From IMG/VR virus record IMGVR_UViG_3300025490_000001, positions 1 to 62,222 of that record: 62,222 nt of DNA, one strand, 5' to 3'. The notes beneath the pieces are model-generated. The model had not been told where the DNA came from. It searched no databases and was given only the letters and a program-made list of their open reading frames with translations. The stretch is from a virus. Lineage: Duplodnaviria > Caudoviricetes. A program made the position numbers and the translations under genes. Positions 56,201-62,222 of this stretch are shown in pieces; within the stretch, counting starts at the first letter, position 1, and each line of letters begins with the position of its first letter.

Positions 56201-59200
56201 CGCAAGCCCCCCGACGCCCCTACACCGATGACCGACAACTCCAACTGTTCCTCGATCGTGGACCTGTCGAAAGCCAGGCAGGAGCGGCCGCTGTTGCTGC
56301 CCAGCGGGCGGCCGTGTCCGCCGTGGATGACATACGATCCACCGGCACCATACTTGGCCTCGCCTTGTCTGGTGATTACGCTGCCCGTCAAAGGGTCAGC
56401 CTCGTCGGACAAAAAGTAGGCAGCGCCGAAGACCTCGCCATTCTGGCGCAGGTGTACCGCGACCCGCGCTTTGAGACGTTCCGCGTGGTGTTCGTGAACG
56501 ACTCCGGCGGCGTGGTTTCGCAGGTTGGCCTAACCAGCCGCCTGCCCGCATCGGTTGACGTCATCATCGGCAACGACATGGATGGCTACCTCGCCGAGCT
56601 TTCGGCCACGGCGCGCAACCGGGGCGCTACCGGGTACTACCTGTTGCACAACCACCCAAGCGGCATTGCCACCCCAAGCCGCGCCGATGTAAACCTGACA
56701 ACGGCGTTTGCAAGCCGGATGCCCATGCTGGAACTCCGGTCGCATGTGGTGATCGACACCAACGAATACTCGACCATCGACAGCCGCGGCGCTGTGCAGA
56801 CCCACCGCAAGGACTTTGGCCAGCCCGCCCCATACCGTGCGCAGGAATGGGCCGAGGTGAAAATTACCGGGCCGTCCGATGTGATGGCTGTGGCCAAGCG
56901 CCTGCAGGTGGACGAGGGCGCCATCACCCTGATCCACACCGACAGCCAGTACAACGTCAAGGCGATCAGCACGATCCCGAACGACGCCAGCACCATGAGC
57001 AAGGAAGAGCTCAAGAAGCTGGTGCTGAGGGCTTCCCTGCAGAAGCAGGGCGCCCAAGTGTTCGCGGTGGGTCGAGACAGCAAGGCGCTCGCGCGCATCG
57101 GCACCATCGTGGTGGACGCGATCTATGTCGAGGACAGTGGCCAAACTCAAAGCCTGAGAAGCATGGGTGTCATCGCTGGCGGTGCACCTTTGCCCAGCGA
57201 TCGGCGCACCCGCGTGAGCCCCGACACCAGCCCCGAATTCGCCTACCTTCGCCGGCAGGCGCAGCCAGCACCGATGCAGCGCGTGGCCGAGGATGGGCCG
57301 CAGTACGACCCCGAGCAGGCCCAAAGCCCCAACCGGGACGCGCTGGGCCGCTTTAAGTTCCGCCTGGGTGAAGTGGCGCTGGGCAAGCTGGAGGCGGCGT
57401 TGCGGCCGGCGCTGGATCTTTTCGGCATGCGCATGGCGTCGCCCGAGCTGCGCAAGCAGCTGCGCCAAATGAAGGCAACCATCGAAAAGGCCAAGCAATC
57501 GGCGGTAGATGTAGCCAAGGAGATGAGCGCCATGCCCGAGGCCGACCGGGTTATGGTGAGCGACATTGTGGAGAAGATGCTGGCACCGGGCGTGATTCCT
57601 CCCGAGCATGCGGTGCGCGTGGCCGACGCGATTACCCGCGCCATGGATCGGCAGACCGACGAGCTGTTGGAGTTGGGCATGCTGAGCAAGGACAGCGCCG
57701 AGCGCTGGCGCGGCCGCTACCTGCCGCGCATCTACAACCGCCAGACCGAGCTTGAGGGCGACCCGCTGGTCAAGCGCCTGTTCAAAACCGGGGTGCCGAC
57801 CATGGCGGGCATTGGTGGCGGATCGCTCAAAGGCCGGGGCATGTTCCAGGACGTGAGCGTGGACGCGGCGGACCAGTGGATTGCCCTGGGCTACGAGGTG
57901 CGCGATCCGCACTGGCGGCTCAATCAAGGCAAGCTCGAGCTCAATGACCCGAACGCGCCCAAGCTGGCGCGTGAGCAGGTGACGGTGTGGCGCGACTGGA
58001 CGCCGAGCGAGCGCGCGCAAATGGGCGAGATGCGCGACGCCATGTACCGCTACGTTGTGGGCTACACCTCGATGCAGCGCGACATTGCCGTGGGCCGCCT
58101 GTTCCACAGCATAGCCAACAACCCGGAATGGACGCGCCGCTCTGGCGCTGACGGCTTTGTGGAGGTGCCGGACACCGAGATTGCCGGCACCGGCGGCGTG
58201 AAGCGCTACGGCCGCCTGGCTGGCCTGTGGGTGCGCAGCGAAGTGATGACGCACCTGACCCAGTTTGAGGAAGGGGCCAACGACACGCTGCAACTGTACC
58301 GCGAGGCAATGGGGATTTGGAAGCAGGGCAAAACAGCGATGAACCCGGTCGCGCACTTCAACAACATCGTATCGAACCTGAGCATGGCGCACTTCGCTGG
58401 CGTGTCGTACTGGGACGGGCACAAATACCTGAACGCGACGCGCGATCTGATTCAGAACGCGCCCATGGTGGATGAAGCGCGAGACGTGGGGTTGTTCACT
58501 GGCAGCTTCACCCGCGAGGAGATGATGCAGAACCTGCCGCCCGAGCTGCAAAAGATGGCCAATATGCAGGAGAGCGGGGCGCGCAAAGGCGGCCGCTTGG
58601 TGCTCAACGCCGTGACGTGCTGGCTGCGCCAGCCGCTGACGCAAGCCTATGAAGCCGAGGACACGTTTTTCAAGTACCTGATCTACCGCGATGCGCGCCA
58701 GCAGGGCATGGAGCCCGCCGAGGCGATGGATTACGCCTTGCGCTACATCTTCGCCTACGACGATCTGCCAAGTGGGGCGCGCAAGGTGCGCGACTATGCG
58801 ATCCCGTTTTTCAGCTACACCTACAAAGCCGTCCCGGCCCTGCTGCATACCGCCATGGTGTACCCGTGGCGACTGGCGGCCCCGGCGGCGTTGCTGCACG
58901 GCATCAATGCGGTGGCCTACGCACTGGCCGCTGGCGACGAGGACGACGACTGGCTGGAAAAGCTCGTCAAAGGGCGCGAGCTTGAGGCCGAGGAGCGCGT
59001 GGCCATGCCCGACCACACGCGCGGCTTGAGCGCGCTCGGCTCACCCAAAACCATACGCCTGGGCACGGATGAGATCACGGGGCTGCCGGTGTTTCTGGAT
59101 GCCTCGCGCATCATTCCGGGCGGCGACATCTTCGACATGCGCAACCAAGCGGGCGGCATGGAATTGCCGGCCCCGCTAACACCCAATCACCCGATTCTCT

Positions 59201-59673
59201 CGACCTTTGCCGCCATACTGGTGAACCGCGAAATGTTCCTTGGGCGCAACGTGACCGACGACAACGACACCGCGGCCGAGAAAGCCGAGAAGCGCGCCAA
59301 GTGGATGGCCATTCTGCTGCTGCCCGCCATTGCGCCGGGCGGCCTGCACTCGCAGCGGCTGATGAACGCGACCGCCAGCGCCATGGACACGGTGATCACC
59401 ACACCGCTAGGGGAGTTCACCGGCGTGGACCGCTCCGGCCTGCCGGTGCAGCCGAAGTACGCTGCCATGCAGACCTTTGGCATCAAGGCCAGACCCGTGG
59501 ATTTGGAACTGGAAGCGCAGCGACGTGGCGCGCAGGAACAAGCGCTGGTGAACTCGATTGCGGCCGAGGTGCGCAGCATGGCGCGCCTGCACCAGCGCGG
59601 GGCCGTGACCGACCGGATGATGGAAGAGACCAGCGAGAAGGCGCGCGAGAAGATCGAGCGCACGCGGGAGTGA
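53284..59673 (+). CDS. Large polyvalent ejection protein (ParB-like and RadC/JAB domains)
   Basis: 2129 aa; QYAVIEASDV..AGNGR ParB-like region; ETF..LLHNHPSG.ATPSRAD..SHVVID JAB motif. Confidence 0.75.
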   Translation: MTIEFDDLIPQNTDIRFDDLIPNGDPSQPRTRRAVPERTLGTAARDLAAGALQIGPTAIKGVAEIGRLATGDRLGAGLSGRMERGMQAIREVVGSERAEAMRENFMADMADDEVGVLQAISQNPGAIGNMVLPTIGSMFLPVGAGVAGARLATAGKAVQGMSKAEIAARVARAQTVAGVGTITAQNAASTFAELVGQGVPMEDAYLGAAITVPFTVVAGALTRGGAEGAVTRAITGTGSRSAAGRVGQVGAAGLMEGGQEAIETVGQVTGRAAGSGDAPSGTAAVKEVAVAGLLGALMGGGVNVATQAAQRGQPEQPAINLTDYQEAARQALGQTTPSQAPAQPVAALDAEATNRILQAIERAQNVQNATPAARTQAPAQTAPVEAPAPAGSDATPAAVLPDAGGSGDVQAAGLTFDDLVPATTEAPQATTEAAPVTPDAPVDGAITDEGTKPDVSLTNEGKTPILQNRNRATPSSIAQMQSIATQPDYGRMGFSRDFANGAPVVAGGEIAPEQMGRQDVAVASDGRRIPVQYAVIEASDVLTSNRADGAANPDYGNQAVQRIRAIAGNGRVAGLQVAYSQGTAAGYTQELAQDTLHGVNPDVIRAMRAPVLVRVMPADQVTADIGDVSNTVGNLNLSAVEQANNDAARVNLSALKFAEDGSITPEAVRQFVRAMPQAEQGGLIDTNGQPSKQAVDRINAAVFAKAYGNDELVRLYAQAQDPEARNVLSALAQVAPKMARLEGAGALDIRDVVTQAAEIAVNARREGRALALAAQQVDMAADPMVGVVLELFARNARSVKPVVEALGNAADFAYTEATKPAADMFGEVPRASRADAINLLRPQNERASQENLEQPAGRGPVPVDAGRAAAEPAAAAGPGPTQAGRPAADQAADQPASQPTLSSYTPEEVTQRLERLEQAERERQQQERQAEQRERADRERGEFTLAGSDRAADANPNQGDIFDLREDGGAYNAQAPRRPYTDDRQLQLFLDRGPVESQAGAAAVAAQRAAVSAVDDIRSTGTILGLALSGDYAARQRVSLVGQKVGSAEDLAILAQVYRDPRFETFRVVFVNDSGGVVSQVGLTSRLPASVDVIIGNDMDGYLAELSATARNRGATGYYLLHNHPSGIATPSRADVNLTTAFASRMPMLELRSHVVIDTNEYSTIDSRGAVQTHRKDFGQPAPYRAQEWAEVKITGPSDVMAVAKRLQVDEGAITLIHTDSQYNVKAISTIPNDASTMSKEELKKLVLRASLQKQGAQVFAVGRDSKALARIGTIVVDAIYVEDSGQTQSLRSMGVIAGGAPLPSDRRTRVSPDTSPEFAYLRRQAQPAPMQRVAEDGPQYDPEQAQSPNRDALGRFKFRLGEVALGKLEAALRPALDLFGMRMASPELRKQLRQMKATIEKAKQSAVDVAKEMSAMPEADRVMVSDIVEKMLAPGVIPPEHAVRVADAITRAMDRQTDELLELGMLSKDSAERWRGRYLPRIYNRQTELEGDPLVKRLFKTGVPTMAGIGGGSLKGRGMFQDVSVDAADQWIALGYEVRDPHWRLNQGKLELNDPNAPKLAREQVTVWRDWTPSERAQMGEMRDAMYRYVVGYTSMQRDIAVGRLFHSIANNPEWTRRSGADGFVEVPDTEIAGTGGVKRYGRLAGLWVRSEVMTHLTQFEEGANDTLQLYREAMGIWKQGKTAMNPVAHFNNIVSNLSMAHFAGVSYWDGHKYLNATRDLIQNAPMVDEARDVGLFTGSFTREEMMQNLPPELQKMANMQESGARKGGRLVLNAVTCWLRQPLTQAYEAEDTFFKYLIYRDARQQGMEPAEAMDYALRYIFAYDDLPSGARKVRDYAIPFFSYTYKAVPALLHTAMVYPWRLAAPAALLHGINAVAYALAAGDEDDDWLEKLVKGRELEAEERVAMPDHTRGLSALGSPKTIRLGTDEITGLPVFLDASRIIPGGDIFDMRNQAGGMELPAPLTPNHPILSTFAAILVNREMFLGRNVTDDNDTAAEKAEKRAKWMAILLLPAIAPGGLHSQRLMNATASAMDTVITTPLGEFTGVDRSGLPVQPKYAAMQTFGIKARPVDLELEAQRRGAQEQALVNSIAAEVRSMARLHQRGAVTDRMMEETSEKAREKIERTRE

Positions 59674-59709
59674 CAAATATCCGGCGGCGCGCCGGGTGCA
59701 GCCAAAAAT
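59673..59709 (+). promoter_or_regulatory. Putative late promoter motif, copy 3 (upstream of endolysin)
   Basis: ACAAATATCCG-N20-AAAAAT. Confidence 0.55.
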
Positions 59710-59735
59710 GGCGGCATCAAGAAAGGACGGCACCC

Positions 59736-60239
59736 ATGGAATTTGATACGGCTTTTGAGAAGCTGCTCGGGCATGAGGGCGGCTTCACCGACGACCCGCG
59801 CGACCCCGGCAACTGGACGGGCGGCCGGGTGAACGTGGGCGAGTTGCGCGGCACCAATTTCGGCATCGCAGCCAACACCTACCCGAACGAGGACATTCGC
59901 AACCTGACCGTGGAGCGCGCCAGGTTCATCTACCGACGCGACTTCTGGGACGCGGTGCGCGCCGACGAGCTACCGCCCGTGGTGCGCTATGCCGTGTTTG
60001 ACGCGGCCGTCAATTCCGGAGTGCGGCAGTCGGTGCGCTGGCTGCAGCGGGCGCTGGGTGTGCGCGATGACGGCGCGCTCGGGCCGGTGACTATGGCTGC
60101 TGTGCGCGCAGCCGACGCCGATGCGCTGCTGCGCCGGGTGCTGGCTACGCGGCTGCGCTTCATGACCGACTTGAGCACCTGGCCGACCTTCGGGCGCGGC
60201 TGGGCCAGGCGGATTGCCGACCTGCTGCGGGCCGCCTAG
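59736..60239 (+). CDS. Endolysin, glycoside hydrolase family 108
   Basis: HEGGFTDDPRDPG..GTNFGI, FDAAVNSG, FGRGWARR; start re-called at 59736. Confidence 0.9.
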   Translation: MEFDTAFEKLLGHEGGFTDDPRDPGNWTGGRVNVGELRGTNFGIAANTYPNEDIRNLTVERARFIYRRDFWDAVRADELPPVVRYAVFDAAVNSGVRQSVRWLQRALGVRDDGALGPVTMAAVRAADADALLRRVLATRLRFMTDLSTWPTFGRGWARRIADLLRAA

Positions 60240-60506
60240 CGATACACCCGCCATCATGACCGCGAACGCCACGCGGGCGCTGGGGCGGGATCAATACCAG
60301 CGCACGAACCAGCCGGGACGGCCCCGGTTATGGCGGGAGCCGATACCGCAGACGGATGTGCCTTGGCATTGTCGGAATCCGTCAAGCCTGCAACCCGGCC
60401 CGGGCGTCAGCAGCAAGTAGAATCCACTGTCGGCGCAAGGCTGCCTGCGCTATTTCCCCGGCGATTCCCCAAATATGCAGCAACCCGTTGAAAAGCCAGC
60501 GGATGG

Positions 60507-60526
60507 GATTCCGGCTCGGGGCACCA
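60507..60526 (+). other. att core: tRNA 3'-end fragment (Leu-like)
   Basis: gattccggctcggggcacca (T-arm half, acceptor strand, CCA) without tRNA 5' part; TTCCCC repeat pairs near 60453-60470 and 60675-60702. Confidence 0.75.
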
Positions 60527-60574
60527 GTGTTGCATTAGACACACAGCAGCACACACAAACACCAAACCCCACAT

Positions 60575-60609
60575 AAGCCCGCTTCTCCTATGAGACTCGG
60601 GCTTTTTTT
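60575..60609 (+). terminator. Rho-independent terminator downstream of att core
   Basis: aagcccg..cgggctt followed by T-run. Confidence 0.65.
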
Positions 60610-60705
60610 ATGGGCCTTGCAACCCGTCGAACACCACACAAGCCAAGCCAGAAACAGCGAGAGCTACAATCCGTTTCCCCAGATTTTACGCGGGCGTTCC
60701 CCATC

Positions 60706-61713
60706 GTGGCCTACATCACCAAACTCAAGAGCGGCTGGCGCGCGCAGATTGCACGGCAAGGGGTGCGCACATCCAAGATGTTCGCAACCAAGGCTGCGGC
60801 GACGGCCTGGGCCGCCGTGGCAGAGGCTGCGATCCTCACCGAGGGCCAGGCCAAGTGGCCCAGCAAAACCCTGGTGGACGCGCTAGAGCGCTACGAGCGC
60901 GAGGTGAGCGCGCACAAGCGCGGCGCTCGGGCTGAGGGGTTGCGGTTCCAGGCGCTGCGGCGGGACTTCCCCGCGCTGTGCGCCAAGCTGCTGCACGAAA
61001 TCACGCCAGCCGATATTTCGATGTGGCGCGATGCGCGCCGCCAAGTGGTGAGCGATTCGTCGGTGGTGCGCGACGCCAACCTGCTGCGCAACGTCTGGAC
61101 GGTGGGGAAGGAGTGGGGATGGTGCGGGGAATCGCCGTGGGGAAAAACCAAGCTGCCGCGTGAAGGCCCGGCAAGAACCAGGCAGACGCACCCGGGCGAG
61201 ATAAAGCGGCTGGTGCGGGCGATGGGCTACGTCACCGGCCAACGGCCAGAGCGCCCGCAGCACGAGGTGGCCTTGGCCTACTTGGTGGCGCACCATACGG
61301 CGCTCCGGGCGGGGGAGGTGCTGAGCCTGAGCCGCAAGACCGTTGACCTCGGGCGGCGCGTTATCAAGCTGGAGTCGCACAAAACGATGGAGCGCGCAGG
61401 AACGCGGTTCGTGCCGTTCACACGCAAGGCGGCGCGGCTGCTGCGCTGGCTGGATGCCTGGGCGATTGCAGCACAGCGCGACGCCTACTTCACGATCGCG
61501 CCGGCCAGCTTGGACGCGCTGTTTCGCAAGGCGCGGGACAGGCTGCTGATCAGCGGGCTGACGTTCCATGACTCGCGTGCGGCGGCGCTGACTCGGTTGA
61601 GCAGGCGCATGGACGTGCTGCGCCTGGCGCGGATCAGCGGCCACACCGACCTGCGCCAGTTGCTCTCGGCCTACTACCGTGAGACGGCTGCCGATGTGGC
61701 TGCCTCTATTTGA
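60706..61713 (+). CDS. int: Tyrosine integrase
   Basis: LRAGEV, K, FHDSR, SGHTD..AYY; start re-called at GTG 60706. Confidence 0.92.
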   Translation: MAYITKLKSGWRAQIARQGVRTSKMFATKAAATAWAAVAEAAILTEGQAKWPSKTLVDALERYEREVSAHKRGARAEGLRFQALRRDFPALCAKLLHEITPADISMWRDARRQVVSDSSVVRDANLLRNVWTVGKEWGWCGESPWGKTKLPREGPARTRQTHPGEIKRLVRAMGYVTGQRPERPQHEVALAYLVAHHTALRAGEVLSLSRKTVDLGRRVIKLESHKTMERAGTRFVPFTRKAARLLRWLDAWAIAAQRDAYFTIAPASLDALFRKARDRLLISGLTFHDSRAAALTRLSRRMDVLRLARISGHTDLRQLLSAYYRETAADVAASI

Positions 61714-61885
61714 GCCCGGCCCACTTGAGGATATCGGCCCGGCTCCAGCGCTTGATGCGGCGGCTGAGGTTGATCGCGGGCTTGGGGAAATCCGGCCGCT
61801 TGATGATGCGATCTACGCAGTGCCGGTGGCACACGCCCAGCAGGCCGGAGATGTCTTTGGTGGTCATGAGTTCTGGTAGCTGCAT
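61706..61885 (-). CDS. AlpA-like excisionase (59 aa, absent from ORF track)
   Basis: MQLPELMTTKDISGLLGV..PDFPKP..RWSRADILKW; AAGGA RBS; convergent on int. Confidence 0.75.
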   Translation of the reverse strand: MQLPELMTTKDISGLLGVCHRHCVDRIIKRPDFPKPAINLSRRIKRWSRADILKWAGLK

Positions 61886-61932
61886 GGGGGTTCCTTAAAC
61901 CAGCGGCCCGGCGGCGGTGCGTTGAAAACTGT

Positions 61933-62115
61933 TCATGCCGTCAGCCTCCCCACAAAAAACCCCAGACCAATCCGGAACGTGGGTACCGGCAGCTCGTTGC
62001 GCGCGGCTTTTTTCAGCGCCTCCTCGTAGGACAGCGCAAAAAACTTCTCGCGCACATCGGCCAGCGGGATGGCTGGCGATTTGTAGATCGACATGAGGGC
62101 CAGGGATGTGATCAT
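61933..62115 (-). pseudogene. prtN: PrtN-family paralogue, C-terminally truncated
   Basis: First ~47 aa match 21640-21894, then diverges; 60 vs 84 aa. Confidence 0.6.
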
Positions 62116-62222
62116 GGTCGTGCCTCAGAACTTCTTGCCGCCTTCGGCGGTGCGGTTTTCGATCTTGTGGTCTGCGCGCCGGGCATTGAAGGCCAGCTTC
62201 TCAGCGATCGCGCCGGCCAGGT
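61972..62222 (+). repeat. Direct repeat copy 2 (includes 3' end of mazG-like gene)
   Basis: See 21751-22001. Confidence 0.95.

Larger units (their letters stand above)
21875..62095. mobile_element. Phage B: apparently complete 40,221-bp temperate podovirus-type phage with a DGR
   Basis: Full set of early, immunity, replication, packaging, head, ejection, lysis and int/xis genes; 62096-62222 repeats 21875-22001, closing the circle. Part of the early region may be shared with phage A. Confidence 0.8.

Noticed and set aside
56530-59016. Long antisense ORFs (also 1153-2976, 5649-7346 and others)
   Set aside because: Mirror frames of strong genes in GC-rich DNA with no recognisable motifs
60240-60450. 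Possible small gene after the endolysin
   Set aside because: No frame with convincing start, RBS or motif
60480-60530. Intact tRNA gene
   Set aside because: Only the 3' 20 nt are present; no D or anticodon arm

Overview
This window is all temperate-phage DNA (GC-rich; host probably Betaproteobacteria/Burkholderiales, by inference) with no host housekeeping genes. It joins two phages. Phage A (about 1-21874, partial) is a lambda-like siphovirus late region: terminase, portal, protease-capsid fusion, non-contractile tail with a -1 frameshifted chaperone, tail fibre and lysis cassette. It ends in a dusA-associated tyrosine integrase and an attP-like site carrying a dusA 5' fragment. Phage B (21875-62095, 40,221 bp, apparently a complete circular genome) is a podovirus-type phage with early genes, a cI/cro switch, replication genes, an overprinted C5 DNA methyltransferase, head and ejection genes, a 2129-aa polyvalent protein, an endolysin, a tRNA-Leu-type attP, int and xis. 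Phage B carries a complete BPP-1-type diversity-generating retroelement: Mtd-like fibre with VR, hairpin, avd, TR and RT, with 8 VR/TR mismatches all at TR adenines. The last 127 bp exactly repeat 21875-22001, suggesting an assembly-graph join or a cointegrate through a shared prtN-mazG module. The best candidates for undescribed biology are a highly structured ~260-nt capsid-gene leader RNA with repeated TCGC-loop hairpins behind a three-copy late-promoter motif, a conserved 18-20 aa Phe/Trp micropeptide in both lysis cassettes, and nested +1-frame ORFs in the polyvalent gene. All family assignments come from motif recognition by eye; no searches were run.
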